From a virus (Duplodnaviria; Caudoviricetes): a DNA stretch of 58,978 nucleotides. A program made the translations under genes and the position numbers. The stretch is taken from IMG/VR virus record IMGVR_UViG_3300028588_000028, positions 1-58,978 of that record; one strand, written 5' to 3'. Shown one piece after another: positions 8,818-18,301 of this stretch; positions within the stretch are counted from its first letter, which is position 1, and every line of letters begins with the position of its first letter. The notes below the pieces were generated by a model. The model was not told the origin of the DNA. It worked only from the letters and a program-made list of their open reading frames with translations, and did not search any database.

Positions 8818-10338
8818 ATGGCCGACGAGATCACACGCACACCGTATGCGAGCGCAATGCCGTACGTGCAGCCGGAGAACGTGGAGAAGTGGGTTTCTTC
8901 CGAGTACGACCAGCAGCGCTTGGCTGCGTACAACTTGTACGACGACCTGTATGAGAACAGCCCCTCGGTCTTGAACATGATGATCCGAGGAACCAACGAG
9001 GACCCCAAGCTCCTCCCCACCGCCAAGCGCCTCGTCAACACCATGGCGCGCTACGTGGGCAGAGGATGGGGATACACAGTGTCGATGCCTCCTGAGCTCA
9101 TCCAGCCCGGGGATGATCAGCCCACGCAGGACGAGCTGATCGCAGCCAACCTCGCTGCGGTGCAGGCTATGGACAACCTGTTCGTGCGAGAGAACCTGCT
9201 GGCAGAGTTCGAAGCGGGCATCCGCCCCTGGCTCCGCCGGGGTGACTGGGTGTGGTACATCAGCGCAGACCCCGAGAAGGAGCAGGGATCTCGCATATCG
9301 GTGGAGCCCATCGATCCCCGGACGTACTTCCCCGTCATGGACGACCCGAACGACCTGGGTCGCGTCACCGGTTGCCGCATCGTCGAGCAGATCACGCTAG
9401 AAGGTGAAGACGAGACCTTCGTCAAGGTGCAGGAGTGGCTCAAGCCCTCCTCTGACAGCTACGACCTGGGTGAGACCGGAGAGTACATCTCCTACTCCAA
9501 CGTCGTGTACGAGCTGGAAGGCTGGGACACTGAGGAGGCGAAGATCAAGGAGGTCCGACAGGACGCCATCGCCCTCGACGGCATCACGCAGCTACCTCTG
9601 TACCTCATCCAGAACAACAAGGAGACCGCGAACCCGTTCGGACACAGTGACCTTGCCGGTGTGGAGAACGTTCTCGTCGGCATCAACCAGGCTGCGTCGG
9701 ACCAGGACGAGGCTCTCGCCATGGCCGGGCAGGGCATGTACGTCACGGACTCTGGTGCACCCATCGACCCCGTGACCAAGCGCGCCGTCGCATGGATCCT
9801 GGGAGCCAAGCGCGTCATCCAGGTCGGACAGGGCAAGAAGTTCGAGAGAATCGAGGGTGTCAAGTCCATCGAGCCGTCCAAGACGCACATCGAGATGATG
9901 GAAGAGCGCGCATACGGCACGGTGGGCGTGAACGACGTCGCGCTCGGCACCACACAGGGGCAGTTCAGCGGCGTCGCCTTGGGCATCAAGATGTCTCCGG
10001 CCTTCGACGAAGCCGATGCCAAGGACCGCGCCATCAACGGCGTCTGGAACCACATTCTGTACGATCTGCGTCAGTGGTTCTCGCAGTACGAGAGCGTGAA
10101 CATGGACGGCATCGTGTTCCGCAGCGCTACCGATCCGTCGCTGCGCATGCCCTTCGACCGGGACGCCCGCTTCCAAGAGCTGCTGGAGCTGAAGAACACC
10201 GGCATCATCGACGACGACTACTTCCGCGACCAGCTCCGCACCGTGTTCGGCTACGACATCCCGCTGAACGCAGTGTCGGACGCTGCGGACCCCGAGGCGG
10301 ACCGCGCCAACGCTGAGCTGGATGCTGAAGACGCCTGA
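8818..10338 (+). CDS. portal protein
   Basis: 506 aa between TerL and head genes; NPFGHSDLAGVE and SGVALGIKMSP motifs of SPP1-type portals. Confidence 0.9.
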   Translation: MADEITRTPYASAMPYVQPENVEKWVSSEYDQQRLAAYNLYDDLYENSPSVLNMMIRGTNEDPKLLPTAKRLVNTMARYVGRGWGYTVSMPPELIQPGDDQPTQDELIAANLAAVQAMDNLFVRENLLAEFEAGIRPWLRRGDWVWYISADPEKEQGSRISVEPIDPRTYFPVMDDPNDLGRVTGCRIVEQITLEGEDETFVKVQEWLKPSSDSYDLGETGEYISYSNVVYELEGWDTEEAKIKEVRQDAIALDGITQLPLYLIQNNKETANPFGHSDLAGVENVLVGINQAASDQDEALAMAGQGMYVTDSGAPIDPVTKRAVAWILGAKRVIQVGQGKKFERIEGVKSIEPSKTHIEMMEERAYGTVGVNDVALGTTQGQFSGVALGIKMSPAFDEADAKDRAINGVWNHILYDLRQWFSQYESVNMDGIVFRSATDPSLRMPFDRDARFQELLELKNTGIIDDDYFRDQLRTVFGYDIPLNAVSDAADPEADRANAELDAEDA

Positions 10339-11879
10339 TGGCTGACAAGAAGCCCCTGGTTCGCCAGCTGAAGTTCGAAAAGAGCCAGCTCGACAAGGTG
10401 AACCAGGGGCTGCGTGACGCGCAGAAGGACATCGACGCAGTATTGCGACGAGCGCCCAGGGGAGGCATCGGCGACAAGGTCACCCGGCTACAGGCCGAGC
10501 AACAGCTCAAGGTCATCAACGGCATCCTCGACAAGAACTACGATTCTCTCGATAAGATCCTCCAAGCGTCTCAGAAGCTTGCAGCGGAATTGGGCTCTGA
10601 GGTGGTCTCGGACTATGAGGAAACCCTGACAGACCTCATCCTGGACCCCGACAAGCGGGCCACTATCCGCAGCAGCGAGGCTCAGCGCGTTGCCAACAAC
10701 ATCGACTCCTTGGTGCGCAGGCAGATCGGCTCGGCCAGGCCTCTCAGCGAGCGGGTGTACGACACGGCTAAGTTGTCGAAAGGTCTAGTCGACAGAGCCA
10801 TCAACTCGGGGCTAGCGCAGGGCCTGAACCACCGCCAACTCGCGAACAAGATCGCGCCAATGATCAATCCCGATGTCAAGGGCGGCGTCAGCTACGCTTC
10901 GCAGCGCCTGGCGCGTACTGAGTTGAACAATGCATACCATGCAGCGTCCGTCGAGCGTTACAAGCACAGCTTCGTAGAGGGTGTCGACTGGAACTTGTCT
11001 TCTAGCCATCCCGAGGGCGACGAGTGCGACGGGCTCGCCAGCAACTCTCCGTACGATATGGAAGAGGTTCCTGCGAAGCCACACCCGCTGTGCTTCTGCT
11101 TCCTGACCCCGGGCTTGCCCTCTGAAGAAGATTTCATGAAGAACCTCTTCGATGGAAAGTACGATGACGGTGAAGAATTCGGAGATTTCGGGAAGGCTGC
11201 GATCGAAAGAGAAGAAGCTCCTGCATTCGACATCTCAAGGTTCAAGGTCAGCAAAGACGGCTCGGACATCGCTGTTCCCACGGGCCTTGTCAAGGGCGTC
11301 AAGCCGGGAGATCCTTCCGCTACTGCTCAGCAGCAAGCCGTGTGGACTTACACTGCTACCTCCAAGAACATCAACGACAAGCTCCGGGCAATCGACACTG
11401 GTGTTGCTAAGACCGGTCTAAACAAAAAGCAACAAGCTCTGCACGACGAGTTGTTCAAGCTCACGAATGAGAACACCTTGAAGCAAGACACCATGTTGTT
11501 CCGGGCAGTCAAGAAAGACAACATCCGCGCGCTTTTTGGTGACGACGACGACATCATGAACTCTGTTGGTCGTACATACAGGGATGGTGCATTCTTGAGC
11601 ACTTCGTATGGCGAGTCTTCGCTGGAGGGCTTCGGTGCTTATCAGCTCAACATCATGGCAGCCAAGGGCACTCGCGCCGCAAACATCGCAGACTATGGAA
11701 TTGCTGGGTCTCAACGAGAAGTGCTGCTGCCCCCTGGAAGTAATTTCCGAGTTATGGGAGTCCGAAAAGTAAAGTACACAGTGCAAGAACGCGATTATAG
11801 CGTTCGGGATTCAACTGTTTACAAAGAGGTCAAGAGAAGCCGCACAGAGCTGGATGTTGTATTGGAGCAAGATGCCTAA
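10338..11879 (+). CDS. MuF-like minor head protein with C-terminal VIP2-type ADP-ribosyltransferase domain
   Basis: RLARTELNNA, CDGLA and HPLCFC (MuF); YT...INDKLR, LFR, FLSTS and QREVLL (R-S-E ART triad). Confidence 0.85.
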   Translation: MADKKPLVRQLKFEKSQLDKVNQGLRDAQKDIDAVLRRAPRGGIGDKVTRLQAEQQLKVINGILDKNYDSLDKILQASQKLAAELGSEVVSDYEETLTDLILDPDKRATIRSSEAQRVANNIDSLVRRQIGSARPLSERVYDTAKLSKGLVDRAINSGLAQGLNHRQLANKIAPMINPDVKGGVSYASQRLARTELNNAYHAASVERYKHSFVEGVDWNLSSSHPEGDECDGLASNSPYDMEEVPAKPHPLCFCFLTPGLPSEEDFMKNLFDGKYDDGEEFGDFGKAAIEREEAPAFDISRFKVSKDGSDIAVPTGLVKGVKPGDPSATAQQQAVWTYTATSKNINDKLRAIDTGVAKTGLNKKQQALHDELFKLTNENTLKQDTMLFRAVKKDNIRALFGDDDDIMNSVGRTYRDGAFLSTSYGESSLEGFGAYQLNIMAAKGTRAANIADYGIAGSQREVLLPPGSNFRVMGVRKVKYTVQERDYSVRDSTVYKEVKRSRTELDVVLEQDA

Positions 11880-12066
11880 GCCGATTGACGAGCCGAGTCT
11901 TTCCGTTGTCCAGTATGCCTCTTGGGACGAATGGTTTGAAGAAACGATGCGCGTTGCGAAGGTGCTACGCATATCTCCTGAAAAGCTCATGCCTCCGCCC
12001 CGCCCGGTCATTGCGCAGATCGCTCAACCGCTACCCATGCCACCTTGGCGCTCCAGCGGCAAGTAG
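11872..12066 (+). CDS. small hypothetical protein (candidate ART immunity or partner protein)
   Basis: GGAG RBS; overlaps the MuF-ART stop. Confidence 0.5.
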   Translation: MPKPIDEPSLSVVQYASWDEWFEETMRVAKVLRISPEKLMPPPRPVIAQIAQPLPMPPWRSSGK

Positions 12067-12117
12067 CCCATTCAGGGTAAAGTTCCTCCTACCAAGGACT
12101 CAACAGGAGGAACACCA

Positions 12118-12831
12118 ATGATCAACCTCGACTGCTCCACAGGCGGACGCCTCGAAGAGCTGCTCAAGCGACCCACGGACCTCCTGGTCCTGGTCGGTGC
12201 TGACCCCGAAGACACGGACGCGGACGCGGACGACGAGACGGACGACGACACCGAAGTCGACGACAAGGACGCGGACGCGGACAAGGACGAAGACAAGGAC
12301 AAGTCCAAAGAAGACAAGGACAAGGACAAGCCGAGAGACACGGTCGATCGGGCCGAGTACGACCGCATCGTCGAGCGTCGCAACGCCGCCGAGGGTCGTC
12401 TCACCAAGGCCCTCGACACGATCGAGAAGCTCAAGAAGGATGGGACTTCGGACGAAGCCCTCAAGACCGAGCTGACCAGCCTCCGGAGCGAGAACGAGAC
12501 CCTGCGGACGCAGGTGCAGAAGCTCTCGCACTCCAACGCCTTCTTCAGCGACACCGACCACGAGTGGGTCGACCCCGAGGCCGCGCTGCGACTCGCAGAT
12601 CTCAGCAATGTCGAGATCGACGAGAACGGCGTCACCCACGGGCTCAAGCCCGCCCTGGACAAGCTCGCCCAGGACAAGCCCTACCTGCTCAAGCCCAAGA
12701 CCGAAGACAAGAAGGCTCCGCAGAAGTCCGGCGACAAGTCCTCGAAGTCCGGTCCGAAGTCCAAGGAGCAGCAGCAGCAGAAGCGCACCAAGCTCGCGGG
12801 AAGTTACTCCGCGCTGCGTGGACGCGGCTGA
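12118..12831 (+). CDS. capsid scaffolding protein
   Basis: Acidic D/K-rich N-terminus, coiled coil, DPEAALRLAD...KPYLLK; lies before the capsid genes. Confidence 0.85.
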   Translation: MINLDCSTGGRLEELLKRPTDLLVLVGADPEDTDADADDETDDDTEVDDKDADADKDEDKDKSKEDKDKDKPRDTVDRAEYDRIVERRNAAEGRLTKALDTIEKLKKDGTSDEALKTELTSLRSENETLRTQVQKLSHSNAFFSDTDHEWVDPEAALRLADLSNVEIDENGVTHGLKPALDKLAQDKPYLLKPKTEDKKAPQKSGDKSSKSGPKSKEQQQQKRTKLAGSYSALRGRG

Positions 12832-12869
12832 TCCACATCCCACCCACTCCTCTCGAAAGGAAGCCTCTC

Positions 12870-13277
12870 ATGGCTCGAATCGATCACGCCGACTCCACGG
12901 TCGGCACCGTTCGCGGGACACTCGGCGTCGACATCGACGCGAAGTTCAACGACAAGCTCGTCGCCGTCGGCGTCACCAACCTCGGACGCCTCGCTCCCGG
13001 TGCCGCCAACACGGGCGTCGTGGGCATCATGCAGCCGGGCAAGAAGACCCGCCTCGCTGGCACCCGAGTCGACTACTTCAAGCTCGGCGACTTCATCGAC
13101 CTCAACCTGCCCGACATGGGTCTCGTCACCGGTCGCGTCGCCTACGCCGACAACGGCACCGGCGAGATCACGACGCCCGCCGCCGCTCCGGCCGCAGGCA
13201 CCGCGACCCGCGTCGGCCACACCCTCGACACCGGCGACAAGATCCGCCTCGTCATCGACATCAAGATCGGAGCCTGA
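12870..13277 (+). CDS. capsid decoration or cement-like protein
   Basis: GAAAGGAA RBS; 135-aa beta-rich protein between scaffold and major capsid protein. Confidence 0.7.
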   Translation: MARIDHADSTVGTVRGTLGVDIDAKFNDKLVAVGVTNLGRLAPGAANTGVVGIMQPGKKTRLAGTRVDYFKLGDFIDLNLPDMGLVTGRVAYADNGTGEITTPAAAPAAGTATRVGHTLDTGDKIRLVIDIKIGA

Positions 13278-13280
13278 CCC

Positions 13281-14513
13281 ATGAGCACCTCGCTCGACAC
13301 GCTGCCCCAGGGCGCGATCGCATCCCGCCCCAAGAAGGGCATGAAGCTGGCTGCGCTCGACTTACGGAGCTTCGGCTTCGTGTCGGACATCGCCGGTGCC
13401 GACGGTCGCGCCGGTTACAACGACACCCGCGACGTCCTGCTCACGCAGACCATCGACGGCTTCGACCTGAACGACCTCTACTCGGAGTTCCAGGACGTCG
13501 TCAACGAGATGAACCGGAGCCGACAGGTCATCGTCGACTTCCTGACGTTCTCGGTGACGAACCCGTCCGAGCAGGTCCAGCAGCTCTCGAGCTTCGACTT
13601 CGAGCGCAGCACCGAGTACGGCGAGCCGCGGGGTCAGCGTCAGTCGCCCGGCAAGTTCACCCTCGGCTACGACTTCGACTTCTACGACCTCGGCCTGCGG
13701 TTCACCTGGCGCTTCCTCGCCGAGTCCACCGCTGCGCAGATCCAGGCCTTCAACAACGGCATCCTCGACGCCGACAACCGCCTGGTCTTCACCAAGGTCC
13801 TCGAAGCGCTCTACACCAACACCAACCGCCTGGCCGACATCAACGGGCGCGACGTCAACGTGTACTCGCTGTACAACGCCGACGGCACCGTGCCGCCCGC
13901 CGTCAAGAGCAACACCTTCGACGGCCAGCACACGCACTACATGGTGTCGGGCGGGGCCACCGTCACGCCGGAGGACCTCGACGACATCTACGAGAACGTC
14001 GCCGAGCACGGCTACACCGCCGCGTCCGGCACGGTCCACGTCCTCCTGGTCCACAGCCGCGAGGGCAAGGTCATCTCGACCTTCCGCATGTCCAACGGTG
14101 CGACGTACGACTTCATCCCCGCCCAGGGGCAGCCTATCGACCGCATCCTGGAGCTGGGCCAGTCCCTCGCCGGTGCGCAGCCCGCTGCCACCTACGCGGG
14201 CCTCGACGTCATCGGCAAGTACGGCAACCTGCTCATCGTGCAGGACGACCTGTTCCCCGCGGGGTACATCGCCGACGTCGCCACCGGTGGTCGCGCCAAC
14301 CTCAACAACCCGGTCGGCATCCGCGAGCACGAGAACGCCAGCCTCCGCGGCCTGAAGCTGATCAAGGGGCGCGACAACTCGTACCCGCTGATCGACAGCT
14401 TCTACAACCGCGGCATCGGCACCGGCATCCGTCAGCGTGGTGGCGCGGCCATCATGCAGATCAAGGCGTCCGGCGCGTACGTGCCGCCCGCTGCGTACGT
14501 CGCGTACCAGTAA
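13281..14513 (+). CDS. major capsid protein
   Basis: 410 aa, very strong GC3 codon bias, position after scaffold and decoration genes, followed by a hairpin; single TTA at 13362. Confidence 0.9.
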   Translation: MSTSLDTLPQGAIASRPKKGMKLAALDLRSFGFVSDIAGADGRAGYNDTRDVLLTQTIDGFDLNDLYSEFQDVVNEMNRSRQVIVDFLTFSVTNPSEQVQQLSSFDFERSTEYGEPRGQRQSPGKFTLGYDFDFYDLGLRFTWRFLAESTAAQIQAFNNGILDADNRLVFTKVLEALYTNTNRLADINGRDVNVYSLYNADGTVPPAVKSNTFDGQHTHYMVSGGATVTPEDLDDIYENVAEHGYTAASGTVHVLLVHSREGKVISTFRMSNGATYDFIPAQGQPIDRILELGQSLAGAQPAATYAGLDVIGKYGNLLIVQDDLFPAGYIADVATGGRANLNNPVGIREHENASLRGLKLIKGRDNSYPLIDSFYNRGIGTGIRQRGGAAIMQIKASGAYVPPAAYVAYQ

Positions 14514-14523
14514 CCCCTGAGCC

Positions 14524-14561
14524 GGAGGCGGCTGGTATTCCTTGGTGGGCCAGCCGCCTCC
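14524..14561 (+). terminator. hairpin after the major capsid gene (terminator or stabiliser)
   Basis: 12-bp stem GGAGGCGGCTGG / CCAGCCGCCTCC. Confidence 0.6.
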
Positions 14562-14585
14562 TCCAACCCTGAGAAGGAGAAGCAC

Positions 14586-14900
14586 ATGTCGAGAGAAATC
14601 GACTTCAGCAAGCCCCTCGACGAGGACGAGGCTCAGTACGTGGCCGAGCGCCCCTGGTTGCGCCGTGAGGCGGAGTTCCAGGGCATCGAGGTCCGGTACG
14701 AGTCCGACACCTTCGAGGAGTCCGACGAGGACGAGGTGGACTACTCCAAGTTCACCAAGAAGGAACTCCTCGCCGAGATCGAGCGTCGCAACGAAGAGCG
14801 CGAGGACGAGGAAGACCACATCGTCTTCGACAACGACAAGAACGACACCCTGGTCGCGGCTCTCGAGGCCGACGACGAGGAGAACGAAGAGACCGAGTAA
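14586..14900 (+). CDS. acidic hypothetical protein with HeH/SAP-like motif
   Basis: AAGGAGA RBS; YSKFTKKELLAEIERRN...DTLVAALEADD. Confidence 0.8.
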   Translation: MSREIDFSKPLDEDEAQYVAERPWLRREAEFQGIEVRYESDTFEESDEDEVDYSKFTKKELLAEIERRNEEREDEEDHIVFDNDKNDTLVAALEADDEENEETE

Positions 14901-14914
14901 CATCGGTCTCACCC

Positions 14915-14952
14915 AGAGGCCCGATCTGACTGCGAAGTCGGGTCGGGCCTCT
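14915..14952 (+). terminator. intrinsic terminator-like hairpin
   Basis: AGAGGCCCGATCTGAC / GTCGGGTCGGGCCTCT inverted repeat. Confidence 0.6.
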
Positions 14953-14971
14953 CTCACACCTAGGAGGAGAC

Positions 14972-15292
14972 ATGGCTACAGACGCCGACATCGCCCAGCT
15001 TCGTTCCATGATCGCAGAGCCCATCAACGAAGAGCCGTACACCGACGAGACCCTCAAGCAACAGATCGACGGGGCTGACAGCCTGCCCGCGCTCGCCGCC
15101 CAGGTCTGGCGCAGCAAGGCTGCGTCCCTGGCTCATCTCGTAAACATCAGCGAGGGCGGATCCAGCCGCTCCATGGGCGACTTGTACAAGAACGCCATCG
15201 CCATGGCGGGGGTATGGCAGGCAGCCGCGGGCGGACCCGCTGCGGTAGAGACCTCGGACGCGCCGTTCACCACCGAGATCACGAGGGCGTGA
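14972..15292 (+). CDS. head-to-tail adaptor
   Basis: LRSMIAEP...YTDETL...WRSKAA...ISEGGSSRS pattern; position after capsid genes. Confidence 0.75.
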   Translation: MATDADIAQLRSMIAEPINEEPYTDETLKQQIDGADSLPALAAQVWRSKAASLAHLVNISEGGSSRSMGDLYKNAIAMAGVWQAAAGGPAAVETSDAPFTTEITRA

Positions 15293-15663
15293 TGGACCCC
15301 ATAGAGCTGAAAATGCAGCGTATGCAGACGACTGCATTCATCGCTCACAAGGCCGTGTCGCTGGTGCTGAACCGCCCGGTTGAAGTCAGAGCGAAGACTG
15401 GAGGAAAGGGTGTCACGCACCTCACACCTCTGGCTCCTCAGACGGTGCGCATCATCGAGACCGCTGCGTATCCGAACAGCTACTTGACGCTCACAGACGG
15501 TACGCATCGCGAAGCCGACTTCATGCTGCTCATGGAGTGGGATGCCGATGTGCAGCGCGACGACACATGGACCGCAGACGACGGGCGCAACTGGGTCGTC
15601 CAGGACGTAGTTCACGACAACGAGTACGAGCGCCGTGCTCTCGTCTTGGAGCAAGGCAAGTAA
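15292..15663 (+). CDS. head-to-tail stopper or completion protein
   Basis: WDADVQRDDTW motif; synteny. Confidence 0.65.
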   Translation: MDPIELKMQRMQTTAFIAHKAVSLVLNRPVEVRAKTGGKGVTHLTPLAPQTVRIIETAAYPNSYLTLTDGTHREADFMLLMEWDADVQRDDTWTADDGRNWVVQDVVHDNEYERRALVLEQGK

Positions 15664-15664
15664 C

Positions 15665-16048
15665 ATGCCTGTCAAGTTCACCTGGAACGGCGGAAAGCTC
15701 AAGAGCAATCTCGACAGCTCTGAACGGAAAGCGACGGCATATCTGTCGAAAACCACGGTGTACTACTCTCTCATGGCCGAGACCAGGGCGAAGAAGAACG
15801 CCAAGTGGAAAGACCGGAGCGGCAACGCTCGCAGCGGTCTGACATCCCGCTACGAGGTGGGTGTCGGCTCTGGCGCCACGGCCAGCTACTCCATCGAACT
15901 GTCTCACAGCGTCAACTATGGCATCTTCTTGGAGACCCGTGTGTTCTCCCGAAAAGGTGACCTATCCATCGTCAAGCCGACGCTGGACTACATCGCTCCT
16001 CGGTTCCAGAAGACGGCCGGAGACGTACTGCAAAGGATCTACGGATGA
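15665..16048 (+). CDS. HK97 gp10-like neck protein
   Basis: AKWKDRSGNARSGL and HSVNYGIFLE motifs. Confidence 0.8.
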   Translation: MPVKFTWNGGKLKSNLDSSERKATAYLSKTTVYYSLMAETRAKKNAKWKDRSGNARSGLTSRYEVGVGSGATASYSIELSHSVNYGIFLETRVFSRKGDLSIVKPTLDYIAPRFQKTAGDVLQRIYG

Positions 16049-16467
16049 TGGACCATTCAAAAGACACGATCCGAGAGCTTGTCTCTCTGGAGCTTTCTGG
16101 CGCGGAATCTCTCAAAGATATCGGACTGGGCGACGGTAGCGTCTGGGATGCCGACACCCTGGACGCACCGCTTCCAGAGGACTTCCCGCTCATCGTCGTG
16201 AGATGGTACGACGTCTCGCAGACGATGGGGCGGATGATGGTCAGGCCATTCGACACCTGGACCTACATCAAGGGCTTCGACCGCACCCCCGGCGAGACCC
16301 TGTCAAACGCAGCGGTGTCAGTCCTGAGCAGCCTGGAGGCAGTTGTCAAGCTCAATGGCGCTCTGCACAGCATCAAGGACGAGGGGGTTGGCAGTGATCT
16401 GCGCGATGACGGGTACGACGCCTTGGTGCTGGTGAACCACTACACCTCTGTCTACAGCGGCGAATAG
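16045..16467 (+). CDS. putative tail terminator protein
   Basis: Synteny and size; FPLIVVRW. Confidence 0.6.
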   Translation: MMDHSKDTIRELVSLELSGAESLKDIGLGDGSVWDADTLDAPLPEDFPLIVVRWYDVSQTMGRMMVRPFDTWTYIKGFDRTPGETLSNAAVSVLSSLEAVVKLNGALHSIKDEGVGSDLRDDGYDALVLVNHYTSVYSGE

Positions 16468-16533
16468 CACACGCACGGTAGACTTCCCGCGACCGCCACA
16501 CCCCTGAAAACCAACTGCGAAGGGAGGCCAGAG

Positions 16534-16938
16534 ATGGCCACCACAAGGACCAGCCCCACCCCGGCTGAGGCGAGGACCACCTCGGCCACCCCCGAGGCCG
16601 GAGACGCCAACGTCGCCACGGGAGACGCCACCTCCGCGGCGACCGCATCTGAGGCCGAAGCCAAGACGGAGCGCGAGCTGACGCCGGACGAGAAGTTCCT
16701 CGCCGAGTCCGAAGGCAAGCGCGCCGCTCTCAGCGAGCTGGAAGGCGTCAAGTACGTCGGCCGATCGCACATCCGATCGATCTCCAAAGAGGAGTTCGCC
16801 TCGGTCGGAGTCGAAGGTCCGACGAACTTCGTCGAGGCCGTCTGGAGCGAAGACAACGGCTTCCTCGTCCCCGTCACCAGCCTCAACGCAGCCATCGTCG
16901 ACTACCTCAACGCGGACTCCGAGTTCGAGCTGGTCTGA
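16534..16938 (+). CDS. hypothetical protein
   Basis: GGGAGG RBS; codon usage. Confidence 0.8.
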   Translation: MATTRTSPTPAEARTTSATPEAGDANVATGDATSAATASEAEAKTERELTPDEKFLAESEGKRAALSELEGVKYVGRSHIRSISKEEFASVGVEGPTNFVEAVWSEDNGFLVPVTSLNAAIVDYLNADSEFELV

Positions 16939-17126
16939 TGCAAGACCTCCGGTGTGACGCCAAGAAGCACGGAGAGGTCGTCGATGATCACACCATCGAG
17001 ATCATGTGCAAGTCACGCTTCTGCGGATCACGCCCCGGAGAGATCGTCGTCATCCATCGCTTCGATCTGATCACGCAGACCATGACCACCAAGAAGTACA
17101 AAGACATCAAGACAAGAAAGGCATGA
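16938..17126 (+). CDS. small zinc-finger protein resembling Mu Com
   Basis: MQDLRC..K.....IEIMCKSRFCG. Confidence 0.6.
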   Translation: MQDLRCDAKKHGEVVDDHTIEIMCKSRFCGSRPGEIVVIHRFDLITQTMTTKKYKDIKTRKA

Positions 17127-17127
17127 C

Positions 17128-17682
17128 ATGGCTCTCTCCACTGCAACCCCGTACGGCTTACGAGACGTCAAGCTCACCCCGTACACCGACGCAGCCGGTA
17201 CCATCCTCGGCACCCCTCTCGACCTCGACATCGCTCGCACCCTGAGCTTCTCGGACTCCGAGGACTTCGAGGAGCTGCGCGGCGACGACACGCTCAAGGC
17301 CAGCCACGGCCAGGGCGCGGGCGTCGACTGGGATCTCGAGTCCGGCGGTCTGCCCCTGGAGGCCTTCGCGCTCATGGGTGGCGGCATCGTCACCAGCACC
17401 GGCACCGGCCCCACCGAGAAGAAGGTCTACGCCAAGCTGGCGACGGACCAGCGACCCTACTTCAAGATCGAAGGCCAGGCCATCTCGGACTCCGGCGGCG
17501 ACCTGCACGTCGAGCTGTGGCGCTGCAAGGCGACCGGCGAGCTGTCCGGCGAGTTCTCGGACGGCGCGTTCTTCCTCACGTCGGCCTCGGGCATCGTCAT
17601 CGCCCCGCCGTCCGGCACCAACGCCAACAAGCTCTACACCTTCACGCAGAACGCCGCGGCGACCGCCATCGCGGTCGTCTAA
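17128..17682 (+). CDS. major tail protein
   Basis: PYGLRDVKLTPY, ELRGDD and RPYFKIEGQAISDSGGD; precedes the chaperone and tape measure genes; TTA at 17158. Confidence 0.85.
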   Translation: MALSTATPYGLRDVKLTPYTDAAGTILGTPLDLDIARTLSFSDSEDFEELRGDDTLKASHGQGAGVDWDLESGGLPLEAFALMGGGIVTSTGTGPTEKKVYAKLATDQRPYFKIEGQAISDSGGDLHVELWRCKATGELSGEFSDGAFFLTSASGIVIAPPSGTNANKLYTFTQNAAATAIAVV

Positions 17683-17725
17683 TCCAACAACCCAGCAATT
17701 CCAGTAACTAACAAGGAGCACTAGG

Positions 17726-18301
17726 ATGCCGAGCAACACCAAGAAGACCAGCACCAAGGCCAAGCTGCCCAAGAACAAGCAGTCCTACGGACAGGGCTGG
17801 GCCAAGAAGTCCAGCGACGTTCTCAGGGACATCACCTGCCCGTCTGGCGCCACCTGCCAGGTGCGCATCGTCGGTCTGAACGGTCTCATCAAGGCCGGGA
17901 TCCTGGAGAGCCTCGACTCGCTCACGAGCATCGTCGCCTCCGAGGTCATCCCCCGCGCCGAGGGCACGCTGCCGACCGAGGTCACCCCCGAGGACATCCT
18001 CAAGAACCCGGCTCAGCTCAACGACATGATCGCCCTCATGGACAAGATCGCGCTCTACGCGGTCGTCCAGCCGAAGCTCTCGCCGGTTCCCCAGGTGAAG
18101 GGGAAGGACGAGAAGCTGCACGACGTGCCCATCGAGGATCGCATCCTCATCGTCACCGACTCCGAGGGTGTGCCTGTCCTCGACGAGGACGGTGACGAGC
18201 AGCCCCTCGTCTACGTGGACCAGGTCGACCTCCTCGACAAGACGCACATCATGCAGCAAGTGATGGGAGCCAGCTCGGAGCTGGTGGACTTTCGTCCGTA
18301 G
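17726..18301 (+). CDS. tail assembly chaperone (short form)
   Basis: Lies between major tail and tape measure genes; ends GAC TTT CGT CCG TAG. Confidence 0.8.
   Translation: MPSNTKKTSTKAKLPKNKQSYGQGWAKKSSDVLRDITCPSGATCQVRIVGLNGLIKAGILESLDSLTSIVASEVIPRAEGTLPTEVTPEDILKNPAQLNDMIALMDKIALYAVVQPKLSPVPQVKGKDEKLHDVPIEDRILIVTDSEGVPVLDEDGDEQPLVYVDQVDLLDKTHIMQQVMGASSELVDFRP

Noticed and set aside
12608-14957. Long alternative-frame and minus-strand ORFs over the capsid genes (654 aa and 531 aa), and similar ones elsewhere such as 20138-21757 and 51855-53156
   Set aside because: These are shadow ORFs expected from strong GC3 bias: Arg/Pro-rich or antisense mirror composition, with no RBS or recognisable motifs.
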